A stretch of DNA of 64,000 nt from Candidatus Limnocylindrales bacterium (GTDB lineage: Bacteria; Chloroflexota; Limnocylindria; Limnocylindrales; CSP1-4), in contig JBEKVD010000001.1 in assembly GCA_049514315.1 (NCBI GenBank), positions 4,380 through 68,379 on the forward strand. The letters run 5' to 3'. How positions within the stretch are numbered: the stretch's first letter is position 1; every line of letters starts with the position of its first letter. A program made the translations under genes and the position numbers. The notes below the pieces were generated by a model. That model saw only the letters and a list, made by a program, of their open reading frames with translations. It was not told where the DNA came from and ran no database searches. Shown here one piece after another: positions 1-11,095 of the stretch.

Positions 1-367
1 CCATCGCCCTCATCTTGAGCGGGTTGGCGCCCTCCGGGACGGCGATTACTGCGCGCACGCCGAAGAGCTGCGCCGAGCGCGCCACGGACTGGCCATGGTT
101 GCCGGTGGAGGCGGTGACGATGCCGGCCCGGCGCTCCTCGTCGGTGAGCTGCGACACGAGGTTGATCCCGCCGCGGATCTTGAAGACGCCGATCGGCTGG
201 TGGTTCTCGTGCTTGACCCAGGCGTCGGTGCCCAGCAGCTCGCAGACGGCGGGGTGGCGATAGAGCGGCGTCGGCCGCAGATACGGCGCGATCCGGCGCC
301 GGGCCTGGTAGACGTCCCCGATCGTCGGGACCTGCAGTTCGCTCTTCGTCCGGGCGAGATCGGTCAC
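1..367 (-). CDS. PLP-dependent threonine/serine dehydratase (threonine ammonia-lyase family), N-terminal portion; gene runs off the left edge
   Basis: The minus-strand translation from a GTG start at ~367 reads VTDLARTKSELQVPTIGDVYQARRRIAPYLRPTPLYRHP...WVKHENHQPIGVFKIRGGINLV...TASTGNHGQSVA. It contains the PLP-lysine motif (FKIRG) and the glycine-rich TASTGNHG loop typical of this family. GC3 is high. Confidence 0.6.
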   Translation of the reverse strand, partial: MTDLARTKSELQVPTIGDVYQARRRIAPYLRPTPLYRHPAVCELLGTDAWVKHENHQPIGVFKIRGGINLVSQLTDEERRAGIVTASTGNHGQSVARSAQLFGVRAVIAVPEGANPLKMRAM

Positions 368-490
368 GCACGGGCCTCCATTCGGGCCGGCTATCGGCCA
401 TTCGGCCGGCCGGGTGGATGTGTTGAAGATCCCCGCTCCAGCCGGAGGAGGAGCATTGACAGTTACCGGCCCGGGTGACGCCCGCCCGGG

Positions 491-871
491 TCAGACGCCG
501 AGGGTGCGCTTGAGGAGGGCCGCGTCGCTCGCTCCGAACCCCATCTGGACTCGGTCGCCGCTCATGCCGACCGGGACGGCGATATGCAGGTCCACTCCGG
601 CGGCGGCAAGCTTGCGTGTGACCTCGGCGCCCGTCCCGGGCCGGTTCTCCAGTTCCACGACCACCATCTCGATCGCCGTGGCGGTGTAGCCGGCGTCGTC
701 GATGGCCGCCCGCAGGCCGGCCTCGTCGTCGGAGCCGAGTGCGATCAGGCCCCTCGCTCCGTCGGACAGTCCATAGGCGGGTGCGACGTTGACGTGGCGC
801 CTCGCGGCGGCCTCAAGGAGCTCCGCCAGCACCCCGGGTCGATTGTCCACCGTGATGAGATACGAGTTCAT
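491..871 (-). CDS. ACT-domain regulatory protein (~126 aa)
   Basis: Only the 3' third of the 598-aa antisense ORF 491..2287 looks protein-like: MNSYLITVDNRPGVLAELLEAAARRHVNV...GLIALGSDDEAGLRAAIDDAGY...VVVELENRPGTGAEVTRKLAAAGVDL. This is a duplicated ACT fold signature (DxPGxL...I). It sits just upstream of the dehydratase gene. Confidence 0.5.
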   Translation of the reverse strand: MNSYLITVDNRPGVLAELLEAAARRHVNVAPAYGLSDGARGLIALGSDDEAGLRAAIDDAGYTATAIEMVVVELENRPGTGAEVTRKLAAAGVDLHIAVPVGMSGDRVQMGFGASDAALLKRTLGV

Positions 872-1261
872 CCTGGTCTCTCCTTGCTGCGATCGATGGC
901 GCGATCTTAGCCCGTACTTCCAGGACCACACCATAGCTTGACGTTCCGGCGCGGGGCACATGGGCGACTCCGTCCGCCTGCGTTGCCGGGTCGGCTGTGA
1001 ATTCGAGGCGCAAGCCTTCGGTTCTGCGCGAGAGACGCGACCCGACGGTCGAGCCGCCACGAGTGGTCCCAAGCAGGCCCGGGGCGGCATGCATAGACTT
1101 GGCTCTTCGCGCGCCCGGCAGCGGCTCAGCGTTTCCAGGTTGCGCTGATTGCAGATCCCCGGCCTGGTCGGTGTCGCTGGCCGGAAGCCGCCGGCCGGGG
1201 ACGCCGCAGGTGCGGATCGCTTGGAAGCCGGCCCTTCATCACCGCCACCAAGGACAGTTGC

Positions 1262-3061
1262 ATGACCCAGAACCACTCGGGCAGGGACACTGGAGGGGCC
1301 GCCGCCGGCGGCCTGGCCGCCGATCAGGTCACCGGCGGGCCTCGGTCGCGGAAGCACGACCCGAACTACAAGTGGGTCGCCCTCTCGAACACGACACTCG
1401 GGGTCCTGATGTCGGCGATCGACGGTTCGATCGTCATCATCTCGCTGCCCGCGATCTTCAACGGCATCAAGCTGAACCCGCTCGACCCCGGCAGTACGAG
1501 CTACCTGCTCTGGATCATGATGGGTTACCTGCTCGTGACCGCCGTGCTCGTCGTGGCGTTCGGGCGCCTGGGCGACATGTTCGGGCGAGTCCGCATGTAC
1601 AACGCGGGCTTCGTGATCTTCACAGTCGGATCGCTGCTTCTCGCCTTGACTCCGTTCACCGGACCCGCCGGGGCGATCTGGATCATCGGCATGCGCTTCG
1701 TTCAGGGAATCGGGGGTGCGTTCCTGTTCGCGAACTCGCAAGCCATCCTGACGGACGCCTTCCCGCCCGAGCAGCGGGGCCTGGCCTTCGGCGTCAACGG
1801 CATCTCCTTCCTTGCCGGTCAGTTCGTCGGGCTCGTGGTTGGTGGCATCCTGGCCGCCATCAACTGGCGGCTGGTGTTCTTCGTCAGCGTGCCCTTTGGC
1901 CTCGCCGGCACGATCTGGGCGTATATGCGACTCGAGGAGCTCGGCACGGTGACGCAGTCGAAGATCGACTGGCCCGGCAACCTGACCTTCGGGATCGGGC
2001 TCACGGCGCTGCTCATCGGCATCACCTATGGCATCCAGCCCTACGGCGGCCAGACGATGGGCTGGACCAACCCGTTCGTGATCGGCATGATCGTGGGCGG
2101 CCTGGTGCTGCTGGGACTGTTCGTGTGGGTCGAACGCCGGGTCGCTGAGCCACTGTTCGATCTTGCCCTCTTCCGCATCCGCGCCTTCAGCGCGGGCAAC
2201 CTGGCGGGGTTCCTCTCCGCGCTCGGCCGGGGCGGGCTGTCCTTCATGCTGGTGATCTGGCTGCAGGGGGTCTGGCTGCCGCTGCACGGGTACAACTACT
2301 CAGACACCCCGCTGTGGGCGGGCATATACATGCTGCCGCTCACGGTCGGCTCGCTCGTGTTCGGGCCCCTGTCCGGGTACCTGTCCGACAGGTTCGGGGC
2401 GCGACCGTTTGCCACAGGGGGCATGCTAATCGCCGCGGCCTCGTTCTTCGGTTTGATCCTGCTGCCGGTGAACTTCGAGTACTGGCAGTTCGGGGGCCTG
2501 TTGCTGGTGAGCGGACTGGGCGGCGGCCTGTTCTTCTCGCCCAACATGGCCGGCATCATGAACAGTGTCCCCGCCCGGCAGCGCGGCGCGGCGGCCGGCA
2601 TGCGGGCCACCTTCCAGAACTCCGCGACGGTCGTGTCGATTGGCGTGTTCTTCTCGCTCATGATCGCTGGCCTGTCGGCCACGCTTCCGGGCGCCCTGTA
2701 CGGCGGACTCACGGCTCACGGCGTCCCGGCGGCGGATGCTTCCCAGGTCTCACATCTTCCTCCGGTGGCCAGCCTGTTCGCCGCCCTGCTCGGCTTCAAC
2801 CCCATGGCCGCTCTGCTCCCCGCCGGGGTGCTCCACGCCCTGCCGGCGTCCCAGGCGGCGATCCTCACCAGCAAGGAGTTCTTCCCGCAGCTGATCGCGG
2901 TCCCGCTCGAGCGGGGGCTCGAGATCGTATTCTTTGCGGCGGCCGTGATGGCGCTCGTCGCGGCCTGGGCGTCATGGCTCCGAGGCGGCCTCTATGTCCA
3001 TGACGAGTCCGCCCCGGTGCCGCGGTCGACCCCTGCGTCGGCTCTTGAGCGCAAGCTCTAG
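1262..3061 (+). CDS. MFS transporter, DHA2 (EmrB/QacA-like) drug:H+ antiporter family, ~14 TM
   Basis: 599-aa ORF with many hydrophobic helices. It carries the MFS signature stretch [37 protein letters not shown] (motif A-like) and repeated G-rich helices. Confidence 0.85.
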   Translation: MTQNHSGRDTGGAAAGGLAADQVTGGPRSRKHDPNYKWVALSNTTLGVLMSAIDGSIVIISLPAIFNGIKLNPLDPGSTSYLLWIMMGYLLVTAVLVVAFGRLGDMFGRVRMYNAGFVIFTVGSLLLALTPFTGPAGAIWIIGMRFVQGIGGAFLFANSQAILTDAFPPEQRGLAFGVNGISFLAGQFVGLVVGGILAAINWRLVFFVSVPFGLAGTIWAYMRLEELGTVTQSKIDWPGNLTFGIGLTALLIGITYGIQPYGGQTMGWTNPFVIGMIVGGLVLLGLFVWVERRVAEPLFDLALFRIRAFSAGNLAGFLSALGRGGLSFMLVIWLQGVWLPLHGYNYSDTPLWAGIYMLPLTVGSLVFGPLSGYLSDRFGARPFATGGMLIAAASFFGLILLPVNFEYWQFGGLLLVSGLGGGLFFSPNMAGIMNSVPARQRGAAAGMRATFQNSATVVSIGVFFSLMIAGLSATLPGALYGGLTAHGVPAADASQVSHLPPVASLFAALLGFNPMAALLPAGVLHALPASQAAILTSKEFFPQLIAVPLERGLEIVFFAAAVMALVAAWASWLRGGLYVHDESAPVPRSTPASALERKL

Positions 3062-3231
3062 GCTTAGCTCGGCCGCAGCGATCTGAGAGCCCGGCCTAAC
3101 TCGCGAGCGCGCTCCGGCTCGAGCCCTCGCGACCGGCTGCCAGATCGCCGAGCCTCCGGCCACCGGATCGAAGTGGTGAACCCGGCTCCAAACGTGCGTC
3201 GGCCTGTCAGACTTCGAAAGGAGGACCCGCA

Positions 3232-3849
3232 TTGCCTTTGTTCGGACAGCCAAACGTCGAGAAGCTCTCGGCCAGGGAAGACACCCTGGAGCTGATCAAA
3301 GCGCTGGCGTATCCGAAGCACTGGCGTGTCCGTCGGGACGCTGCCGAGGCTCTCGGGCAGCTCGGCAATCCCGACGCCGTTGGGCCCCTGATTGTCGCCC
3401 TCAAAGATGACACCTCGAGCGTGCGCCGGGCGGCTGCCGAGGCTCTCGGCCGGCTCCGCGACGCCCGTGCCGTGGAGCCGCTCATCACCGCGCTGAGGAG
3501 TCCCGCCGCGGATGTCCGACAGGCGGCTGCCGAGGCCCTCGGCGAGATTCGGGATGCCCGGGCCGTCCCATCGCTCGAAGCCGCTCTCAGGGTCGAGAGC
3601 TGGAGCATGCGCCGGGCTGCTGCCGAGGCTCTCGGCCGGATCGGCGATGCCGGCGCACTCGAGGCGCTCACGGCCACTCTCGAAGATCCCGACTCGAACG
3701 TGCGCCGGGCCGCCGCCGATGCGCTTGCGGCTCTCGGCCGGCAGCCCGGTGCAGCAGGGGCCCGAAGTCAGCCTCGAACGGCCGCTGCGAAGGCCCGGCG
3801 AGGGACCACCCAGGGTCCCCGCCGACGGGGATCTACCGAGCTCCGGTAG
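3232..3849 (+). CDS. HEAT-repeat (PBS-lyase HEAT-like repeat) protein
   Basis: A ~31-aa unit is repeated 5-6 times (VRRAAAEALGRLRDARAVEPLITALRS / VRQAAAEALGEIRDARAVPSLEAALR ...). An AAGGAGG RBS lies ~8 nt upstream of a TTG start at 3232. Confidence 0.7.
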   Translation: MPLFGQPNVEKLSAREDTLELIKALAYPKHWRVRRDAAEALGQLGNPDAVGPLIVALKDDTSSVRRAAAEALGRLRDARAVEPLITALRSPAADVRQAAAEALGEIRDARAVPSLEAALRVESWSMRRAAAEALGRIGDAGALEALTATLEDPDSNVRRAAADALAALGRQPGAAGARSQPRTAAAKARRGTTQGPRRRGSTELR

Positions 3850-3915
3850 GCGGGCGCCCTCCGGCCCGGTCCGCGTGGCGTCAGCTCGTGCCGGGGCAGT
3901 CGACGCTGCCCGCGT

Positions 3916-5439
3916 CTATTCGAGAAGCCCAACCTCGGCCTCGACGGCGTCGAGAATCTCGCCCGACCGGACGAGCTCCTTCATCAGGTTGTGATCGGGG
4001 TACAGCGGCCGATCCTCGTCGAGGTGGGCGACGTGCCGCCGCACGACGTCGCGCGCAACCGACACCCCCCGGCCGAAGGCGAAGTCGCGGAAGTCGAGCG
4101 CCTGGGCCGCGGCCATGAACTCGATGCCCAGCACCCCGTACGCGTTGTCGAGGATCTGGCCGTTCTTGATGGCAGTGTTCATGCCCATCGAGACGAAGTC
4201 CTCCTGGTCGGCCGCGGCCGGGATGGACTGGATCGAGGCGGGGGCCGACAGGATTCGCTGCTCGACGATCAGGTGGTCGGCGGTGTACTGGCTCAGCATC
4301 ATGCCGGAGAACATGCCGGCGCCCTTCGTCAGGAAGTCCGGCAGGCCCACGCTGAGGGCCGGGTTCGTCAGCCGGTTCAAGCGCCGCTCGGAGAGGACGC
4401 ACACCATCGTCACGGCGACGCCCACCATGTCCATCGGCAGAGCCACGGGGCTCCCCTGGAAGTTGGCCCCGGTAAGGGTCAGCCGGGCCTCGGGCAGGAA
4501 GATCGGGTTGTCCCCGACCCCGTTCAGCTCGATCTCGACCTGCCGACGCGCCCACTCGACTGCGTCGATTGCCGCCCCGATGACCTGGGGCGAGGAGCGC
4601 ATCGAGTAGGCGTCCTGGACCTTTGTCTTCATCTTCCCGGTGGCGAGGTCGCTGCCCTCGATGCAGCGCATGATCGCCTGCGCCGACTTGACGGCTCCCG
4701 GGAATCCCCGCAGCTCGTGGAGGCGCGTGTCGTAGGGCTTGAGGTTCGCGACTAGCGCCTCGAGCGACATCGCGCAGGCAATCTCGGCCTGCTTGAGCCA
4801 GCGCGAAATGTCGTAGAGATGGATCGCGCTCATGGCCGTGAGGAGATTCGAGCCGTTGATCGTGGCCAGGCCGTCGCGAGCATGCAGCCCCGGCACGGGG
4901 ATCCCCGCGCGCTCCATCGCCTCCCGCCCAGGCAGCCGTTCGCCGCGATAGAACGCCTCGCCCTCGCCCATCAGCAGGAGCGCGGCCTGGGCCATCGGGG
5001 CGAGGTCGCCGCTGGCGCCCACCGAACCCTTCTGGCAGACGACCGGTGTGACTCCGCGGTTCAGCATCTCCACGAGCGTGAGCGTGATCTCCGGCCGGCA
5101 TGCCGAGTGCCCCCGGGCATGGACGTTGATCCGACCCGCCAGCGCGCCGCGCACCGCCTCGACCGGCGCCGGGTCCCCTATCCCCGCCGCGTGGTTGTAA
5201 ATGAGGTACCGCTGGAACTCGCGGACCTGCTCGTCGGACAGGACGATCTCGGAGAACTCGCCGATGCCGGTATTCGTCCCGTACATGATCTCGTGGGCCG
5301 CGAGCTTCTCCTCGAGCATGCTACGGCAGACGAGGATTCGCTCGAGCGCGGTCGGATCGAGCGCAGCCTCCTCGCCGTCCCTGGCGATTCGGACGAGGCG
5401 GTCGATGGTCAGCGACGATCCGTCGAGGACGATGGTCAT
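3916..5439 (-). CDS. MIO-dependent ammonia-lyase (histidine ammonia-lyase / aromatic amino-acid lyase family, PF00221), 507 aa
   Basis: Full-length match to the HAL architecture. The Ala-Ser-Gly triad that autocatalytically forms the MIO cofactor is present (GSVGASGDLAPM). The N-terminus is HAL-like (MTIVLDGSSLTIDRLVRIARDGEEAALDP). The gene is on the same strand as the BMC operon and 103 bp downstream of it. Confidence 0.85.
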   Translation of the reverse strand: MTIVLDGSSLTIDRLVRIARDGEEAALDPTALERILVCRSMLEEKLAAHEIMYGTNTGIGEFSEIVLSDEQVREFQRYLIYNHAAGIGDPAPVEAVRGALAGRINVHARGHSACRPEITLTLVEMLNRGVTPVVCQKGSVGASGDLAPMAQAALLLMGEGEAFYRGERLPGREAMERAGIPVPGLHARDGLATINGSNLLTAMSAIHLYDISRWLKQAEIACAMSLEALVANLKPYDTRLHELRGFPGAVKSAQAIMRCIEGSDLATGKMKTKVQDAYSMRSSPQVIGAAIDAVEWARRQVEIELNGVGDNPIFLPEARLTLTGANFQGSPVALPMDMVGVAVTMVCVLSERRLNRLTNPALSVGLPDFLTKGAGMFSGMMLSQYTADHLIVEQRILSAPASIQSIPAAADQEDFVSMGMNTAIKNGQILDNAYGVLGIEFMAAAQALDFRDFAFGRGVSVARDVVRRHVAHLDEDRPLYPDHNLMKELVRSGEILDAVEAEVGLLE

Positions 5440-5542
5440 GGCCGATCACTCCTGTCGGTTCGAACCGCCCTGAGAATCGTGGCGACCCCCGATCAGTCGT
5501 TTGGGCGGCATCGGTGTTGTCAGTTGACGATGGTAGGCCTCC

Positions 5543-5845
5543 TCAGGCCGGGCCGCCTGGCTGGGCCTGAGGCGCCGGCTCTTCCTCGACTGCGTCGACG
5601 ATCCCGACCACGAGCGTCCGGATCGGCGCTCCGGGAGCGCTCAGCACCTGGCGGGCGGAGTTGCCCTCGTCGAGGAGCAGGACGGTTTCCCCGGCACCGG
5701 CGCCTACCGTGTCGACCGCGATCGTGTAGCCCCCGGTGGGCCGGCCGTCCGGGTCGAGGAGGTCGCACAGGAGCAGCGTCCGCTCGTCGAAGGCGGGGGC
5801 GTTGATCGTTGAGACGACCGTGCCGACGACGCGGCCGAGCTTCAT
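5543..5845 (-). CDS. BMC vertex pentamer protein (BMC-P; EutN/PduN/CcmL family)
   Basis: 100 aa. MKLGRVVGTVVST...LLLCDLLD...GGYTIAVDTVGAGAGETVLLLDEG is the PF03319 hallmark. It overlaps the upstream BMC-P stop by 4 bp. Confidence 0.8.
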   Translation of the reverse strand: MKLGRVVGTVVSTINAPAFDERTLLLCDLLDPDGRPTGGYTIAVDTVGAGAGETVLLLDEGNSARQVLSAPGAPIRTLVVGIVDAVEEEPAPQAQPGGPA

Positions 5846-6126
5846 GGCTCGACCTCCGGCGCTACCGTCAACGCGTCCACGATCCCAACGATCGCGTGGT
5901 CCACCGGGACGAACGGATCGGGCATCGCCTGGGCGGCCTCGCGAGCGGCGACGAAGTAGACGAGCTCGCCCGGGCCTGCCATGTGGATCGCATCGGCCGC
6001 GACCAGCTGGCCGCCGGCCGGCTTCAACGACCGGTCGAGCGGCTGGATGACCAGGAGCTTCACGCCCTCGAGACCCGGCGCCTTGACGGTGGCGACCACG
6101 GTCCCGGTCACGCGCGCGAGTTGCAT
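5842..6126 (-). CDS. BMC vertex pentamer protein (BMC-P), second paralog
   Basis: 94 aa. [30 protein letters not shown]...GGQLVAADAIHMAGPGELVYFVAAREA matches the EutN/PduN fold pattern. Confidence 0.8.
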   Translation of the reverse strand: MQLARVTGTVVATVKAPGLEGVKLLVIQPLDRSLKPAGGQLVAADAIHMAGPGELVYFVAAREAAQAMPDPFVPVDHAIVGIVDALTVAPEVEP

Positions 6127-6129
6127 CGC

Positions 6130-6759
6130 CTACCCTCCCGCCCCGGGAGGTGCGAGGGTGGCTCGGATCCGCGCCGCGAAGCGCGGGTCCGCGGCCAGGT
6201 TGTCGGCCATCTCGGGGTGGAGCTGAGGTATGACCCGAGCCAGGACGCCCACGATCCCGGCCAGGCGCCCCGTCCCGATCTCGACAGCTGCCTCAACATC
6301 CGAGACCGAACCATCGAACAGGAGATAGCCCTTCCCCCCGAGGTCGTCGGCGAGGCGCAGCTCGATCAGGCGGACCCGGGCGCCCTTCAGCCCGGCATCG
6401 GCGGCCTCGATGATCGCAGCCACCGTGCGCGTCTCGATGATCCCGATGGCCTCGCCGGCCGGCTCTCCGCGCCGCCCACGGATAGCGGCAACCACGTCGG
6501 GATGAACGTTCGGGAGGAAGAGGTCGCCGATCACGCACGCCCCGCCTGCCTCGCGACCGGCGGCCAGCGCCTCCTCGACGTCGCCGACCGAGCCACCGAC
6601 CAGGACCAGGTACTTGCCGGGGTGGACGGTGCCGGCGCGCAGGACCTCGATCGGGGCGCGTTTGGCCATCGCGTCGCCGGCCTCGATACCCGCGGCAATG
6701 GACTCGAGCTCGAGCAGCGCGACGGCCGGTTCGAGGGCAGGGCCGGTGTCCATCGTCAC
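6130..6759 (-). CDS. BMC-T shell protein with tandem BMC (PF00936) domains, PduT-like
   Basis: 209 aa with two BMC-domain cores: ALLELESIAAGIEAGDAMAKRAPIEVL... and AIGIIETRTVAAIIEAADAGLKGARVRLIEL...GYLLFDGSVSDVEAAVEIG. Confidence 0.75.
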   Translation of the reverse strand: MTMDTGPALEPAVALLELESIAAGIEAGDAMAKRAPIEVLRAGTVHPGKYLVLVGGSVGDVEEALAAGREAGGACVIGDLFLPNVHPDVVAAIRGRRGEPAGEAIGIIETRTVAAIIEAADAGLKGARVRLIELRLADDLGGKGYLLFDGSVSDVEAAVEIGTGRLAGIVGVLARVIPQLHPEMADNLAADPRFAARIRATLAPPGAGG

Positions 6760-8219
6760 ACGATCCGCAACGCGCCGACGACGGTGATCCTCCGCTCGCG
6801 CGAGAAGGTCCGCGGCCGGGTCAGGCCATCACCCGAGGGGCTGGCGATAGAGAACGAGGTGAAGCCCTCGCCGCCCTCGCCGAGGCCGGCGAAGTTGGGC
6901 CCGTTCGTCACGAAGATGCTGCAGTTCATTGCTCGGGCCATCTTCGTGATCGTGTCGACGTTCGTGGAGTGGATGGAGGCAGTGTGGCGGAAACCGTGCT
7001 CGACGCGGACGGCCAGGTCGATGGCCGCCTCGACGGTGCCCACCCGCACGATCGGGAGCAGAGGCATCATCTGTTCGGTCCAGACCAGGCTGTGGTCGCG
7101 CGGCACGTCCGCGATGAGTAAGCGGGGCTCGGGATCGGCCTGGACGCCGATCTCGGCGAGCATCTTCGCCGCGTCCTGGCCGATCCAGGCCGGGTTCATG
7201 ACGCCGGGCTTCCCGGGCTGGCCGGGCTCCGCGAAGACCACTCGTTCGAGCCGGCGCAACTCGTGTTCCTTGAGCAGGTAGGCGCCGTTCCGGGTCATCG
7301 CCCGGATCAGCCGATCGGCGACGGTGTCGACGACGATGACGACCTTCTCGTCGATGCAGACGAGGTTGTTGTCGAACGAGGCGCCGCGGACGATATCGCG
7401 GCCCGCGCGCTCGAGATCTGCGGTCCCGTCCACGACGGCCGGCGGGTTGCCGGGACCCGCCGTTACCGCTCGTTTGTCGGTCTTGAGCGCCTCGCGGACG
7501 ACCGCGCCCCCGCCGGTGACCAGCAGGACGCGGACGCCCGGGTGCGACATAAGGGCGCGTGCGCTCTCGAGAGTCGGGTTGGCGGCGGCCGAGGCCAGAT
7601 TCGGAGGCCCGCCGGCACCGACGATCGCCCGATTGATGAGCCGCACGGTCTCCGCTGAGCAGCGCCTTGCGCTCGGGTGGGCGTTGAAGACGACGGCGTT
7701 GCCGGCCGAGACGATGCTGATCGTGTTGTTGATGATCGTGGAGGTCGGGTTCGTTACCGGCGTGAGCGCGGCGACGACGCCAAACGGGGCGAACTCGGTG
7801 ACCATCATGCCCGCGTCGCCGGTGACGGCCTGGACTTCCAGGTCCTCCGGGCCCGGTGCCTTTGAGGCGACCAGCCGGTTCTTCACGACCTTGTCCTCGA
7901 CCCGACCGAGGTGCGTTTCCTGGTGGGCCATCCGGGCCAGCTGTTCGGCGTGGTCCAGCATTGAACGGCGAACTGCCTCGATGATGACCTTGCGACCGGC
8001 CAGGCCCTGGACCTGGAACTCGTTGAAGGCACGTGTGGCCGCGGCCACGGCATCGTCGATCGTGGCGTGGATGCCGTCGCCCAGCTCGACGGCCGCGGCA
8101 GTCGCCAGCTCCGCCTCGGCCCGGAGGCCCTCACCCGGCCGCGCGTCCCCGGCCGCCGCCACTCGGCGGCGGACCCGCTCGATGATCTCGGAGATCTCGC
8201 GCTCGTCTAGCTCGCTCAT
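6756..8219 (-). CDS. CoA-acylating aldehyde dehydrogenase (PduP/EutE-like) with N-terminal encapsulation peptide
   Basis: 487 aa. The aldehyde-dehydrogenase core contains the catalytic Cys (FDNNLVCIDEK) and a Rossmann GxGxxG-like segment. The N-terminal amphipathic helix EREISEIIERVRRRV followed by an Ala/Gly linker is a classic BMC encapsulation peptide. Confidence 0.85.
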   Translation of the reverse strand: MSELDEREISEIIERVRRRVAAAGDARPGEGLRAEAELATAAAVELGDGIHATIDDAVAAATRAFNEFQVQGLAGRKVIIEAVRRSMLDHAEQLARMAHQETHLGRVEDKVVKNRLVASKAPGPEDLEVQAVTGDAGMMVTEFAPFGVVAALTPVTNPTSTIINNTISIVSAGNAVVFNAHPSARRCSAETVRLINRAIVGAGGPPNLASAAANPTLESARALMSHPGVRVLLVTGGGAVVREALKTDKRAVTAGPGNPPAVVDGTADLERAGRDIVRGASFDNNLVCIDEKVVIVVDTVADRLIRAMTRNGAYLLKEHELRRLERVVFAEPGQPGKPGVMNPAWIGQDAAKMLAEIGVQADPEPRLLIADVPRDHSLVWTEQMMPLLPIVRVGTVEAAIDLAVRVEHGFRHTASIHSTNVDTITKMARAMNCSIFVTNGPNFAGLGEGGEGFTSFSIASPSGDGLTRPRTFSRERRITVVGALRIV

Positions 8220-8231
8220 CGCCCTGGCCCG

Positions 8232-8519
8232 CTACTTGCGGTAAACCTCCGTCCCGCCGATCTCCCATGTGTCCACGATCGCCATGATCACGGCGTCGCA
8301 GGGCCGGTCGCGCGTCGTCTCCGTCTGGCGAGCGGAGCTGCCGGTGGCGTAGAGGACGACCTCGCCGACACCCGCACCGACCACGTCGGCGGCCACCACG
8401 TAACCTCCGGCCTCGCGGTTCTCTGCGTCGAGCTGGCGCACGACAAGGAGCTTCCAGCCTTCCATCAGCGGCTCTTTGCGGCTCGCGACCACGGTTCCGG
8501 TCACCCGTCCAAGGAGCAT
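8232..8519 (-). CDS. BMC vertex pentamer protein (BMC-P), third paralog
   Basis: The likely start is the internal ATG giving [31 protein letters not shown]...[23 protein letters not shown] (EutN/PduN). The longer 115-aa ORF has an Arg-rich leader that is unlikely to be translated. Confidence 0.75.
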   Translation of the reverse strand: MLLGRVTGTVVASRKEPLMEGWKLLVVRQLDAENREAGGYVVAADVVGAGVGEVVLYATGSSARQTETTRDRPCDAVIMAIVDTWEIGGTEVYRK

Positions 8520-8583
8520 CTCGTCACCGCCTGCTTCAGGGGAGCGCGCGCGCCGGCAATACGCCGGCGCGCGCCACAAGCTG

Positions 8584-8892
8584 CTAGTCCTGCTTGCTCT
8601 CGGCCTTGGCCTCCTTGAGTCGCCCGAGCGGCAGAACGAGGTCGACGTTGACGTGCGGCCGGGCGATCACGTGGCTGGCGACGACCTCGCCCACCTTCGC
8701 GGCGTTTCGGACGCCGGCATCGACCGCGGCCTTGACGGCGGCAACGTCGCCGCGAACCACGGCGGTCACGTACCCGCCGCCGGTCTTCTCGTAGCTGACC
8801 AGCTCCACCTTCGCCGCCTTGACCATCGCGTCGGCGGCCTCGACCACCGCCGCGAACCCGCGGGCTTCGATCATCCCAAGCGCTTCTGCCAT
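8584..8892 (-). CDS. BMC-H hexamer shell protein (PduA/EutM/CcmK-like)
   Basis: 102 aa. [60 protein letters not shown] is the canonical single BMC domain. Confidence 0.85.
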   Translation of the reverse strand: MAEALGMIEARGFAAVVEAADAMVKAAKVELVSYEKTGGGYVTAVVRGDVAAVKAAVDAGVRNAAKVGEVVASHVIARPHVNVDLVLPLGRLKEAKAESKQD

Positions 8893-8962
8893 CGACCGTG
8901 TCTCCTTCTCGTGCGGCTACTCGACCCCGCGGTCGCCGCCGCCGCTGCACTGAGTCCTGCGC

Positions 8963-9578
8963 CTAAGCCTTCGCTTCGCGTCCTTCGAGTCCCTCGATCG
9001 CCGCCAGCGCAGCGCGCCAGCCGACGTCGATGTCACGCTCCTCGCCACCGAGGTAGATGCGGCCCATCGAGCCGAAGGCCCGCACTTCGAGGATGTTGAT
9101 GTGAGCTGCCTTCTCCGCCTCGTTGGCCGCGAGCGCGGCGTAGGCGGCGGGTTCGAGCTCCAGCACGTAGAGCGTCTGGCCGGGGATCAGCATCTGGCCG
9201 TGACGCGTCCGGTTGATGAGCTGGGCCTGGTGGTCGTCGATCCGGCGGATGATCTGCGAGGACAGGACGCGCGGCTTGATCCGGTCGGTTTCGGCCAGGC
9301 CAATCTCGGCGAGGATCGCGCCGCCGGCGGCGCGGACCTCGGCCTGCGACGGCGAGTGGATCTCGAGCATGCCGTAGTAACGCTCGATGATCTGCATGCC
9401 GGGCTTGACGGTCGTCGACTTGAGGGCGATATCGGTCAGCCGGTTGATCTCGATGCCGGGCGAGACCTCGACCGAGAGCGAGGCGTCGCCGGCGAGCGGC
9501 AGGAATCCCTGCGCGACCGTCCCCAGGAAGGCGGCGTACTGGGCCTGGAGGCTATCCAGGAAGACGTAGGCTCGAAGG

Positions 9579-9592
<14 letters not shown>
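8963..9592 (-). CDS. BMC-T shell protein, circularly permuted tandem BMC domains (EutL/PduB-like)
   Basis: 209 aa. The C-terminal segment [45 protein letters not shown] parallels the EutL permuted-domain stretch (AYLVAPPLEATYGIDAALK...). The length and position inside the shell-gene block support the call. Confidence 0.6.
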
Positions 9593-10462
<870 letters not shown>

Positions 10463-10466
<4 letters not shown>

Positions 10467-11095
10467 CCTCGAACCTCTCCGGCCGGAGCCATGTAACGGC
10501 GCTCGATCGCCGTGATCTTCTCGACCCGCGCGGCGTGGCGCCCCGGGGCCCAGTCCGTGCCGAGCCAGGCTCGCACGATCTCGATGGCCAGGCCCTCACC
10601 GACGAAGCGGGCGCCGAGGGTGAGGACGTTGGCGTGGTTGTGCTCGCGGCTGTTGCGGGCGCTCGAGAGGTCGTGGCAGAGGGCGGCCCGGACGCCCGGC
10701 ACCTTGTTGGCGACCATGCACGAACCGATACCGGCGCCGTCCAGGATGATTCCCCAGCGGCAGGTCCCGTCGGCCACGAGGCGGGCAACGGCGTGGGCGA
10801 TGTCGGGATAGTCCACGGGATCGCTGCCGTGCGTGCCGCAGTCGCGGACCTCGAAGCCGGTCTCGGTCAGCATCTGGCCGATCCGATCCTTGAGTGCGGA
10901 GCCGCCGTGGTCGGCGCCGATGGCAATGGCGACGCGTTCCGAACCGGCCGGGGCGACTCCAGCGGCCGCAACCGCCCCCGGCATGTTCGCCGGGGATGCA
11001 GTCGCGTCGGCGGCGAGCGTGGCGTCGACGATCCGGCGCACGATGTCGCGGACCTCGTTTTCGGACGGTGAAGCGGGACCGCGCATGTCACGCAT
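10463..11095 (-). CDS. rpiB: Ribose-5-phosphate isomerase B (RpiB/LacAB family) with ~60-aa N-terminal extension (encapsulation-peptide-like)
   Basis: Core [12 protein letters not shown]...[15 protein letters not shown]...[18 protein letters not shown] matches RpiB. The N-terminal helix [17 protein letters not shown] is followed by an Ala/Pro linker. The gene overlaps deoC by 4 bp. Confidence 0.85.

Noticed and set aside
491-2287. 598-aa minus-strand ORF covering the whole MFS transporter region
   Set aside because: Only its last ~126 codons (the ACT domain, 491-871) look like protein. The rest is Arg/Pro/Gly/His/Asp-rich low complexity antisense to a convincing 14-TM MFS gene. This is the usual high-GC open-frame artefact.
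3881-5101. 406-aa minus-strand ORF, plus 3991..4755 (+) and 4819..5805 (+), inside or antisense to the ammonia-lyase gene
   Set aside because: These are alternative frames of a gene with a full-length, motif-complete HAL translation. Their composition is Arg/Gly/Pro/Asp-dominated.
5809-8244. Plus-strand ORFs 5809..7281 (490 aa) and 7324..8244 (306 aa) opposite the BMC shell and aldehyde dehydrogenase genes
   Set aside because: They are antisense to genes with clear BMC/EutN/aldehyde-dehydrogenase signatures. Translations are low complexity (poly R/D/G, or poly S/T/A).
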